Of a DNA stretch of 64,000 nt, positions 52,478 through 64,000 are shown piece after piece. The DNA lies in NCBI GenBank assembly GCA_964016885.1, contig CAXHJY010000834.1:124001-188000 (forward strand), read 5' to 3'. The position numbers and the translations under genes were made by a program. The notes below the pieces were generated by a model that saw only the letters and a program-made list of their open reading frames with translations, searched no databases and had not been told where the DNA came from. The stretch is from Eledone cirrhosa (Eukaryota). The first letter of the stretch is position 1, and each line of letters starts with the position of its first letter.

Positions 52478-54720
52478 ATCATCATCACCGTTTTACGTCC
52501 GTTCTTCCACGCTAGCATGGGTTAGACGGGTTGTCCTGTTGTGGGCAGTGTCTGGTCGGCTGACCATGCCTTGCTCATACAGGAACTGATTTGGCTTGAT
52601 TTCTACAGCTGGATGCCCTTCCTAACACCAACCGCATTTACAGTGAGTGCTGGGTGCTTTTTCGTGGCGCCTACACGTCCACTTTACAGTGTGGGCTGGG
52701 TGCTTTTTTGCCGTGGCACCTCCACGACCACCTTGCAGTGGGGGCGTGGGGGCATATTGTCTATATGCTTCAGCTTGTACCCATGGGAGGTCGGGTACTC
52801 TGTATTACTGCGTGACACCAGAGGTCACGGTCGTGTGTCATTGCCTTTGAGAGGTGTAATTGGGTAAGGTCGGCTTTTATCACCTCATCACAGGTTATCT
52901 TGGGTCTCCCCACTCCGCGGTTTCCATCGACTTCTAGTGCTCTGCACCTTTTTATGCAGCTGTCATCCTTCATACGCATCACATGTCCATACCAGCGCAA
53001 CCGCCTCTCCTGTACACAGCATTTGATTCCTCTTATGCTCAGTCTCTCTCTCAATTCATTTATGCTTTGTCGTTCACGTATATTACTGTTACACATCCAT
53101 CGGAGCATGCAGGATTCGTTTCTCTCTAATCTACGTAAGTCTTCCACCTTCGGCGCCCAGGTCTCACTACCATGCAACATCGCTGTTCGGATACATGCAT
53201 CATACAGTCTGCCTTTCATTCTGAGGGAGAAGCCTTTTGCAGCTAGCAGTGGTAGTAGTTCCCTAAACTTCTTCCATCCCGTTCTTACCCTAGTTATTGT
53301 ACTTTCTGAACACCCACCTCCGCTGCTAATTCGGTCACCTAGGTAGCAGAAGCTGTCTACTGTTTCTACAGAGCCCTCCCAGAGATTGGTGGTATTTGTT
53401 TCCTGTTTGCTGCTTGCTGTCCCAGCACAGCTGCTGCATGTGAAGCCTACATTCTTAATTAAGCTTCCTGAGATCCCGCTACATCTCTTGTGTACCCATT
53501 GTTTGCATTTGGGGCAGAGAATGGAGTTCCTACCTACACCTTTCCTACATACTGAGCAAGGCCATTTCCCTGAGGGGATCTGGGTTCTGTTTTCTCGTCT
53601 ACTTACAAGGACCTTAGTCTTTGTCATGTTGACTTTGAGACCCTTTCTCTCTAGTCCCTGCTTCCAGGTTTGGAATTTATTCTCTAGTTCTATCATAGAT
53701 TCAGCTATGAGTGCGAGGTCATCAGCATACAGGAGTTCCCATGGGCATCCGGTCTTAAATTCCTCCGTTATTGCCTGCAGGACTATGATGAACAGGAGGG
53801 GGCTAAGAACAGAGCCCTGGTGGACCCCAACCTGTACGCTAAATTCCTCGCTATACTCATTGCTAATCCTAACTTTGCTGACTGCTCCCCTATACATGGC
53901 TTGTACTGCTTTCACAAGCCATTCATCTACTCCTAGTTTTCTAAGAGCCCACCAGATTACAGCACGTGGAACTCTGTCAAAGGCTTTCTCAAGGTCGACA
54001 AATACCAGGTAGAGTGGCTTACTTTTAGCTAGGTACTTTTCCTGTAACTGCCTCACAAGGAAGAGGGCATCAGTGGTGCCTCTTCCTGGTATAAACCCAA
54101 GTTGCATCTCGTCTAGTTTCACCCGATCCCTAATCAACTGTGCTATAACTCTTTCTGTTACTTTCATGACCTGGTCCATCAGCTGTATACCTCTATAGTT
54201 TCCTCTATCTAGTGCATCACCTTTACTTTTGTAGCAGTTGTCAATGATGCTACTGCACCAATCTTTTGGTATGACACCTTCTAGTATTACCTGGTTAACA
54301 ATACATGTGGTTATAGTGTGACCTACAGACCCAGATGCCTTCAGCATCTCGGCAGCTATACCTGAAGGACCGGTTGCCTTCCCCCATCTTCATATCTTTG
54401 ATTGCCTTACTTACTACGTTGCTGCTGACTTGTACTGCTGGCCCCTCTGTAGGGTCTACTTGGGGTAGGGTCTCTTCTTCCCATGCATTCTCCTCATTTA
54501 GTAATCTATCATAATGACTCTTCCATGCATCTTTCTTCTCAGCACTTGTGAGGGCAAGCTCACCTTTATCATTCCGGATACACTTCTCTACAATGACATC
54601 ACAACTCTCTCTGACACACTGCCTCGCAATCTTGAACACCTCCTGTTTCTGGTCCTCACGTTGCAAAACATGCTTGAATTTTCTATCCTCTGCTTCCCTC
54701 CTAGCTAAGTATACTTGTCT
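52478..54720 (-). mobile_element. Best-preserved RTE LINE: full RT domain open for 525 aa, 5'-truncated, one upstream frameshift
   Basis: NYRGIQL, FVDLEKAFD, GVHQGSVLSPLLF, YADD, FCYLG, WYGH; Cys-rich insert after RT; 3' UTR and tail 52478-52770. Confidence 0.95.
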
Positions 54721-54737
54721 GATGATATATATATATA

Positions 54738-55510
54738 TATCATCATCATCATCATCTCTGTTTAACGTCCATTTTTCCACGTCAGCATAGGTTAGACAGG
54801 TTGTCTCGTTTGGGGCATGTTGGGTCAGGTGACCGTGCCTTGCTCACACAGAAGTGTTTCTGGCCTGGTTTCTACGGCTGGATGCCCTTCCTAATGCCAA
54901 CCACATTTGTTGTGTGTGCTGGGTGCTTTTTATCGTGACACCTACATGACCACTTTACAATACACACACACACATATATATACATAAACAAGACTGTTAT
55001 TGCTCCAACCAGTCTATTCACCATCAATAACTATATACATACACTTACACTACACATATATACACTCATCATCATCATCATCATCGTTTAACGTCCATTT
55101 TCCACGCTAGCATGGGTCTGGACAGGAATTGTCCCACTTGAGGCAAGATTGGTTGTCTTGTCAGGACTGTCTGGCGGGTTTTCTACGGCTGGATGCCCTT
55201 CCTAACTCCAACCACGTTTACAGTGTGGACTGGGAGGTTTTTACCGTGTTACCTACACGGCCACATTACAGCGTGGACTGTGTGTTTTATTGTTGTGACA
55301 CCTACACGTCTGGCGGGTTTTCTACGGCTGGGTGCCCTTCCCAACACCAACCACATTTACAGTGTGTACTGGGAGGTTTTTACCGTGTTACCTACACGGC
55401 CACATTACAGCGTGGACTGTGTGTTTTTTTGTCATGACACCTACACGACCTCATTTGTTTCGGACTGGATGTTGTGGTACCAACATAACTTCACATTTAG
55501 GGGAGGGGGG
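54738..55510 (-). mobile_element. RTE 3' UTR-only copies, one with an internal ~135-bp duplication
   Basis: 55068-55510 is the reverse complement of 11250-11588; 55168-55306 repeated at 55307-55447. Confidence 0.8.
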
Positions 55511-56257
55511 AGATGGGGTTATGTTAGCCATCCGCGGCCGAAACAAGGAGGAAGAGTATATACATATACATAGAACAAACGCAAGCAATTATCAAATGCC
55601 CTATACATAACCAATGCACTCGTAAAACAAAGCCAACAATAAACAAAGAATCTAATGAACAAGATCGTTGGATTCCAAACTCGTAAAAATTATGTTCATA
55701 AAAACTGAGCCAATCATGAACTGAATGTCTATATTAGAGCTAAGATATCCCCTATAATCTCTAACTCAGACATCATCCATATATCCCAACCCCTAACCTG
55801 CTCTAAATATGAGTATGGGGGAGACAGAGGTTTTCAAGCAGCAGCTTTCAAATTACACAGTTTCTGTATTGGAATAGACATTAGATATCCATTATTACCT
55901 ATATATATTTCAAGATTGGCAAATTATCAACAAATACAGTGAAAAACAAGCACAAGTACAAGAAAGGACAAATAAGGGATAAGATTAGTATGGTAACATA
56001 AACAGGAAAAAAACTGTGAGGTCATCAGCTATTGAAATAGACTCACAGTTCAACCCTTGTTGTCAGTACTACCGGTTCACTGGACATCACAATGTCTAAC
56101 ATGGTAATTAAACACTGTCCTGGAATGAGACAAAATACCAAACTTGTCCCTTATTCATCTCTTCTTTTACTTGTTTCTATTTTCCACTGTATCTTTTGCC
56201 AAATTTACAATTAATCATGTTTTGCAACACAGTTCCTTCCCCTTATGTGTGTGTGTG

Positions 56258-56462
56258 CATGTGGTTAAGGTATTTGGCTCACAATTGTAAGGTCGTGAGT
56301 TTGATTCCTGGCAGTGCTTTGTGTTCTTGAGCAAGACACTTTATTTCATGTTGCTCCTGTCCACTCAGCTGACAAAAATGTTGTACCTGTAATTCAAAGG
56401 GTAAGCCTTGTCATATTCTGTGTTATGCTAAATCTTTGAAGATACACATGTCTGTGGAATGC
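56258..56462 (+). mobile_element. tRNA-derived SINE
   Basis: GTGGTTAAGG...GAGTTTGATTCC...TTGAGCAAGACACTTTATTTCA. Confidence 0.7.
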
Positions 56463-56469
56463 TCCTTCT

Positions 56470-58045
56470 CCTACTTATTCCTGGGAGGGTCCTGAATCAT
56501 TCCCTCCAGCGGGTCCTATGAGAAGCAACCATCTCCAACTGATCCAGTTGGATCTCCAAGCATGACCAGCCAAGCTTACGGGTGTTATCCAGCCATCTTG
56601 CTCAGAATCTATCCTTGGGTCTCTTACCAGTTGGTTTTGCCTGTAAAATCTGTCCAACAATTCTTTCCTGGGACATTCTAACCACATCCCAGTAGTATTG
56701 GAGCTGTGATCTCTCAATTTGGAGAAGTAGCGGCTCTACTTGGAGCAACTCTCTGATCTCTGAGCTACACATTCTATCGAGTAATGTTACTCCAAAGACC
56801 CTTCAGAAAAACCTCATTTCAGCCACTTGTATTCGCAATCATACGGACATTACCTAACATTCATGACCATAGGTAAGGGTTGACACAAATACTAAATTGA
56901 AAATGGCTTTTACACCTACCTCCCTTCTTTTGATTACAGAATTCTGAAGCTGGCACATTACTGCACCAGCTCCTGCGATTCTTGCACTTAATTCTGTCTC
57001 CTGTCTTCCAACACTTGGGACATGGCCCTAAGATACTTGAATTCCTTAACATGCTTCAGTGGAACTCCATTCACAAGTAGAGTGCACTGTGCAGGCTTCC
57101 TTGAAAGGATGAGTGTCTCAGTATTCTCAGCACTGATTTTCATTCCAAACATGCAGCACTTGGCATCAAACCTATCAAGTTCATGTCAGGATTACCTTCT
57201 TATGAGTTAAGTAATACCATGTCATCTGCAAATTCCAGCCAACTGATCTTACACCTGCCAGTCATGATTCCACTTCTAACCTTGCTGGACATGTCAATCC
57301 AGTTCATGAAGATTTATGAACAGGAGAGGTGACTGTATGCACCCTTAGCAAAGTCTGACTCCCAAACTAAACAGTTTTGATTTAGCACCATTTATCTGAA
57401 CACAAATACTAGGGCATTTATATAAAGACATCAGAGCAACAAGAAGCTGTCCATCAATCCCATACACCTGCAGAACCTTCTGCAGAAAGTCCTGGGGAAT
57501 GCAGTTGTATACCTTTTAGAAGTCTACGAAGCAAGCACAAACCTCTTGGCAGTACTCTCACAATTTCTCAAATACCTGCCACAGTGGTGAGTCCAGCTAG
57601 CTTAGACTCAACAATCTCCTTACATTTCTTTGCCAGACACTTAGCATAGACTTTACCAGGTAAGCTTAACTAGGAGATACCTCTATAATTGGAGCAATCT
57701 CTCTTGTATCCCTTTTTGAAAATTGCGACTATGACCTATAATTGCCATTGCTTAGGAGCCTTTCCACATATCCAGCCATCTGGCACAAACAAGTTAGTCA
57801 GAGAATACCTTCTGTTATCAAGAATGTGTCTGGGGTTCCCTTCTCTCCAGAGAGAATACTTTCCTGATCGCCTAAGCCCGGTAACAACAGCATCTGCTGA
57901 TGTACACAGGGTGAATCTGGGAGTGATGAATAATCTCTCCGAGGCTGAAGTCAAAAGAACAGTTAAAGGGCTCAAATGTGGCAAAGCCACTGGGGAGGAT
58001 GAAATTTGGCCTGAGATGTTAAAAGTTTTAAATAGAGAAGGAACA
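56470..58045 (-). mobile_element. Second RTE family, decayed RT plus 3' end; upstream piece 57880-58045 is on +
   Basis: FVDF..VY, FADD, FKYLG, LTYGHEC; GKATGEDEIWPEMLK on +. Confidence 0.8.
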
Positions 58046-58218
58046 AATACTGCAAGGAATTTTATTTACCCCCTCTAATTCCTCCAAACCTTCACCCTTG
58101 ACTGACATTTTATTTCATCGACCCTGAAAGGATGAAAGACAAAATTGGTCTTAGTGGGATTTGAGCTCCAAATGTCTAAAGCTCTAATTATTCCATCAAT
58201 ACACTGCTTTAGTTCTAA

Positions 58219-58834
58219 TTAACCCCTTTAATACCAAACTGCCAGAAACCACTCCTGGTTCTATGTTATGAAACTGTTTGTTTTTAAGTGTTTATAGTTA
58301 TCTAAACATCTTCCACCATAGTTTCCTGTAAAGACCTTTCTTAAGTAATGTTTCCAACCCCCAGCTTAATAACAAGAAAGTTAGTTATATTTCTAAATCC
58401 TTCTGAATTCTTGATTATTTTCATAATGATTTGAAAATTATAGGCAGTGTCTGTATGGTACTTAAAAAAGTTATTACTGTCCAGATGTTCCCCCAACCCC
58501 AGCTATGTGTTAACTGAATCTCTCTCTAAGCCAATCCCATTAGAGAATTCAAGTTCAACATAGTAAGAGCAAAAACATCTTTTTTTATTGTTTAACTCTT
58601 TCATTACTATGTTTCTAATGAAATACAGTGTCTATGTGTTTGTTTTGATTTTGAAAAGAACCAAAAATTTGGAAGAATTCAATACAATAATTAAACCTTT
58701 CATTAGTAAGCTGATATTTAGAACATTACTTTAAAAATTTTCTAAAATAAAATATTGATGGACGGTTTTAATATAAGGATAAACGTTTTGAAATGAGTAG
58801 GCTGGTTTCCAGTGTGTTGACATCAAAATGGTTA
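58219..58834. mobile_element. TTAA-bounded MITE-like copies
   Basis: TTAACCCCTTTAATACCAA at 58219; TTAACTCTTT (58592) to AAAATGGTTAA (58834). Confidence 0.5.
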
Positions 58835-59194
58835 AATATACAATTTCTTCATGTTTCTTCTAGGACTGATTTGTACTTCTTTATAGTTCCTATTCATATC
58901 TACAGGTTTCCACATACTTTCCTGTCATTAGTGGTGTGTGTGTGTTTATCTGTACTGTATGTTCTGCAACTTAGTTGTTTGATAAATAGAAATTGATATG
59001 AGTAAAGGACCTGAAAAAAATAAATACTGGGGTCAATATAATTGACTAACTTCCTCAAGGCAGTGATTTAGCATGGCCACACTCTAATGACTGAAACCTG
59101 TAAAATTATATATTTTCTAATTCCCTGGTGGCTCAAATTCAGGAAACCCTAACTCAGACAATCAATGTCCTGGAATGATTGTTTAGCTCCAAAC

Positions 59195-59490
59195 GAGCTC
59201 TGATCAAGGTGCTCCAGATAAGCCTTGATCAATATGCTCCAGATGAGCTTTGATAAATACACTCTAAATGAGCCTTGATCAAGGTGCTCCAGATAAGACT
59301 TGATCAATGTGCTTCAGATAAACCTTGATTAATATGCTCCAGATGAGCCTTGATCAAGAAGTTCTGAATGAGCCATGATCAAGGTGTTCTGGGTGAGCCT
59401 TGAACAAGGTGTTCTTGATGTGCCTTGATCAAGTTTTTCCAGATGAGTCCTTTGATACAGGCGTTCCAGATGAGCTTTTATCAAACAGAT
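59195..59490. repeat. 25-bp minisatellite, ~12 copies, palindromic core CCTTGATCAAGG
   Basis: Consensus GAGCCTTGATCAAGGTGCTCCAGAT. Confidence 0.88.
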
Positions 59491-60464
59491 CTATGATCAA
59501 AGGTGTTCCAACCATGATAAACATATCTTATTTTCATACATAGTAAATCTACGACAACATTGTCCAATGTGTACTTAATTTTTGTAAAACAGTAGTGTAT
59601 GATTTAAGGAAGATTTGTGTTCTATTTCTAGTTGGCCAGGCAAACACATAGAGGCTGTTTTCAATTGGAGCTTCTTGGAGTTGCTAAAGTGAGAAGCATT
59701 AATAATTTGGTGGAGGAGACTATGATGATCCAGTATCTTATTTTGAAGATGGTGCAAGCAGGGAAAAGCGGGCGTAAAATGATGATGATGATGGTGGAAA
59801 CAGGTTTCTTCTCATCATTATTTCCACTCACGGCAGAGTACGAAGCACCATGCACATATTTAAATTGGTATTTGAGAATGTTCATGATCACTTTTTTAAG
59901 TAATTTACTTACTAATAATAAACCAGCTTGTTAGGGAAAGGTTATACTATCTGTTTGTCTTTTAGGCTAATTATTTACCATGAGAGGCCATGCTGCTGGG
60001 GAACCGGGTATACAATCTGCTCATCATTTAGACCTATTTCTTACCATGAAAGGTCAGTCTGTTTGAGAAGGGAGTGTACTATCTGCTGGTCACTTAGACC
60101 AATTACCTCCCACAAGAGGTGAGCCTACTATCTGTTGGTCTTTTAGGCTTATCATCAGCCTGATTGTAACTGCTGGCTGAAGTATCAATGCTTTTCTGGT
60201 AACAGGAGACTGGATTTGAACTCAGAACAATTACTGCAAAGTATTCCATACAACTCTTTAACAATTCCCTTAATCTACTGCTCTTTGGATTGGAGCTTTA
60301 TTTCTTGACTCTGCAAAGAAGAAAGGCAAAGTGAACCTCAAAGTGCAGAACAATTACCAAGACATTTAATCCTATGCTCTAGAGACTCTACCAATTTATC
60401 ACCTTCGTACCATACAGTATATTGACACTGTTTATAATGGATTGTCAATTAAATTATTAGCTTA

Positions 60465-61035
60465 TCATCATCATTAACATATATTTTCCATGCTTGCATG
60501 GGTTAGACAGGTTGCCAATGGCTGTCTTGCTTATACACGCCATTTTTAACTTTTTTTTTTTATGGTTAGACGGTCTTCCTAATGCCTACCACCTTACAGC
60601 ATGTACTAGGAGCACTTTTTGTGGTACCAGCACTGCAACCTTACAGAGTGGACTGGGTGCTTCTTTGTCATAGAAACAGTACAACAGCGTTTTGGGGGTG
60701 AAGCGAGTGCTTTTTGTCATGGCACCAAAGCTACAATGCTGCAGAGTGGACTGGGTGATTTTTGTCATGACACCAGTACTACTAGCTTACAGGATGGGTG
60801 CTCTTTGTTGTTACACCAGCACTACAACCTTACGGGGTGGACTGGGTGCTTTTTGTTGTAACTCCAGCACTACACTGTTACAGGGTGGACTGTGTGCTTT
60901 TTGTCATAGCACCAGCACTACAATCTTATGAGGTGGACTGGGTGCTTTTTGTTATGGTACCAGCTCTACAACCTTATGAGGTAGACTGGGTGCTTTTTGT
61001 TGTGGCACCAGTACTACCATCTTACAGAGTGGACT
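60465..61035 (-). repeat. RTE 3' UTR fragment with expanded ~48-bp tandem array
   Basis: CACCAGCACTACAACCTTACAGAGTGGACTGGGTGCTTTTTG units. Confidence 0.8.
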
Positions 61036-62849
61036 TACAGGTTTTATATAGGAATAAATTGGATCATCAGTGCAATTATTAGGATAGGTTTTTGTCAGAA
61101 TTAGAGGGAGTAAAATTGAAGAAGAGACAGAGAGCAAGAGTCATCCATAAGGTCACATACTCTGATGAAAGGACTTTGATAATTAATTGGTTGATTAACC
61201 AACTGATTGATGGAGTAAGTACCTGATCAATAATAAAACTGAAGTAAAATACAACTGCTGCATGTGTTTTAATTGGCAGCATGACCCTGCCAAAGTACAA
61301 TATCTATTTTAAAACATGATCTCACATCAAGAATTTTGCAAAGCAAATATGAAAACAAAGTATATAGATATCTCTCTCTCTCTCTGTATATATGTATAGT
61401 TTCAAAAAAGCTCACATGACTAAGTCTTTAGAATATAAATTCAAAATAGGGGGAACGCAGGACAAAGATAATGGAATAAACAATGGAAAGACAGACAGTC
61501 CCATCTCCTCAGTCAACCTCTAGAAATCCCTATGGTTTCCATGCAATAAGGTTGATATCATTAATTCCAGTGCACATTGGGGCACACGGGTAGAGACAAG
61601 TTGTGCCTTTAGGTGAATTACACATATATAGAAGAAAAAGCATCCTATGTGCGCTAACTGACAAAAAAGGGGGGAAATGGTGCATGAGGGCTTAGACAAA
61701 GGAGAAAAATATAGAAAGGAAATGGTAAAAACAGAAGAGAATAATAAGGACTGTAGTCCATGCAGACAAAGAAGAATGACATTATATATATATATATCAT
61801 CATCATCACTATTTAACATCTTATTTTCCATGCTTGCATGGGTTAGCTGGATCGTCCATATTATAAGGCATGCCTAGCTAGTTGCTATGCCGAACCTTTC
61901 TCAAACGGAACTGTATTTTTGCTGGGGTTTTTAGTTGGATGCCCTTCCTAATATGAGTAATGTTTACAATGTGGAATTGGATAGTCCCACTATGAGGGGT
62001 CTGACTAGATGACTGCATTGTACCTTGCTCATAAGCAGATCTGTATTTGGGAGCTAGGTGGACCCATTATGAGGAGGGTCTGACCAGTTAGCTGTGTCGA
62101 ATCGTGCTCATAGCGGAAACTGTGTTTTGGCTGGGATTCTTACAGCTGCTGGATGCCTTTCCTAACACAAATCATGTTTACAGTGTGGAACCATCATGGA
62201 AGAGGTCTGGCCAGTTGGCTTTGCTGTACCTTTTTTATAGCAAGACCATATTTTGGCTGGGTTTTTACAACTGCTGGATGCCCTGCCTAATCACAAACCC
62301 CGTTTATGGTGTGGTCTGGACTGGGTTGTTGGCTGGGGTCTTCTGTCGTACGTCATAGCGCCAGAGGCCACTGTCTGTGTCATCTCCATCAGGAGGTTCA
62401 GCTGTGCCAGGTCAGCCTTTATATAGCCATACACTATGGATTTCTGTTTAACTGAATGACTTGTCCAAGGTACCATGATGTGAGATCAAACCTAAAACCC
62501 AGTGGTTCAGAAGAAAACTTCTTAACCATATAGCCATGCTTGCACCTATTACACTAAAATAACAGGTTAAAACAATGTAACAGCACAATCTACTATACAC
62601 CATATGTTCTGATGACAGAACAAGATGTTGGGAAGGATCAGTTACAGTGGATTTCATACTATTAACCCAAGTTTTTTAAGGTTTTAAAAAAACATGTTAT
62701 AGAATAAATTTCAGTGGCTCATTCTAATATATTGTATTTATATGGAAAATAAACAAGAGAGAAAACAATGATTATTAAATGAAGAAAAAAAAGTAGGGTG
62801 GGAGAGAACATGGACACTCAATCACACTCCACAAGGTGCATTGGAGCCT

Positions 62850-63085
62850 TCCTCTAATAATTTTTGAGACAAGCCAACACACTTGGCAGTATTACTGCTG
62901 GTGATAACAAAGCTAAAGTGCTGAAATAACCATGCACTAACCATCTGATATGTTGGTAAGGCGAACAGCTAACGATGACAAGAACTTCACTCTCAGTGCC
63001 CCAGCTTTCCCCAAACTTATTGTATGCTAGGCTGGAAAAAATAGTTTGCCAAAAATTCCTGGTATTTTAGAATTTATTTCCATTT
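62850..63085 (-). mobile_element. CRE-clade 3' fragment
   Basis: Homologous to 13730-13965 (AAAAAATAGTTTGCCA..AATTCCT..TATTTTAGAATTT). Confidence 0.65.
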
Positions 63086-63660
63086 TAACCATTTTGATAT
63101 CAACCTAAGAAAAACCAGCTCTAGTTCTATGAAACAAAAATACCTATTTTAAAGGGTTCCTATTTAAATTAAAACATTCCAATATAATTTTATATAAGAA
63201 CCATATATTAAGTTATTAGCTGAGTAATAAAATAATTAATTTTAATAAATCTTTCAAAATTTCATTAATTAATTGAAATAGAGGGCAGTATCGGTAGAGG
63301 GTCGGACGCCATGCTTTGACGCATAGAGTTACGGCCCTTTCCAATCTGAGTTCAAATCCTGCCGAGGTTAACTTTGCCTTCATTCTTACGGGGTTGATAA
63401 AATAAAGTACCAGTAATGCACTGGGTAATTGCTGGCCTTGTGCCAAAAGTAGAAACAATTAATTAATTGAAATAGAGTGTATTTCAATGGAAATACAACA
63501 ATGAGGATTAACGTTTTTGATACCAACCTGGCTCTGGTTTTATGAAACAGAATCCTCCATTTTAAAGAGTTCCTATTTAAATTAAAATGTTACAGCATAA
63601 TTTTCTTTAAGAACTATCCGTTAAGTTACTATCATAGTAATGAAATAATTAATAATTTTA
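63085..63660. mobile_element. Two adjacent TTAA-bounded MITE-like copies; the first is interrupted by a SINE
   Basis: TTAACCATTTTGATATCAACC at 63086 and TTAACGTTTTTGATACCAACC at 63508. Confidence 0.6.
63284..63457 (+). mobile_element. tRNA-derived SINE with 20-bp target-site duplication
   Basis: TSD ATTAATTAATTGAAATAGAG at 63264-63283 and 63458-63477; B-box GAGTTCAAATCC. Confidence 0.9.
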
Positions 63661-64000
63661 ATAAAACTCTAAGAATGAAGCCTGTCATAGGATCTGAATA
63701 ACTAACCTTTGCTTTACCTAAGAAAATGGCCATAAAATGCTTGTTGTTATATGTATATATATGATGATGGAAGGCAGTTATAATAAAGAAGACATATTAA
63801 AGATAAACAAACATTACTAAATAATATCAACTGTTTTTTAACTTTTATTGTTTTCATTGTAATTTTTCAAATGGTTTAGGAAAAATGAAATTGTGTCAAA
63901 GGTCCTGTCCTGAATTTGTTGTAATTATTGGAGTTGATGTTGTGAAGATCTGTGCCGCAGCAGAAGGGTGCATTTGTAGAGTGGGAATCACCTGAGCATT

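Noticed and set aside
52770-54347. 525-aa ORF as a host gene or active element
   Set aside because: 5'-truncated RTE lacking the endonuclease and with an upstream frameshift
61505-61515. CTGAGGA on the minus strand
   Set aside because: No matching GAAA or helix I

Overview
AT-rich, repeat-dense animal genomic DNA with no prokaryotic features. The mix of (TA)n/(ATC)n microsatellites, RTE LINEs, tRNA-derived SINEs and C2H2 zinc-finger genes is octopus/coleoid-like (inference). There are two host coding exons, both C2H2-ZNF and divergently oriented: 26042->25074 (-, His-rich, split by a 200-N gap) and 49386-49928 (+, five fingers). The rest is mostly decayed retroelements: many RTE copies, a near-complete CR1/L2-group ORF2, CRE-clade RT and restriction-like endonuclease remnants, a Penelope GIY-YIG fragment, SINEs, MITEs and minisatellites. 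The main unannotated signal is about ten type-I hammerhead ribozyme motifs read by eye. Two of them lie in a ~1008-bp non-coding head-to-tail repeat (39418-41261) that looks like a large retrozyme or Penelope pLTR tandem, with an unusual branched helix II. There is also a recurrent pattern of short fold-back duplications next to (TA)n tracts. All calls were made by eye; no database searches or folding programs were run.
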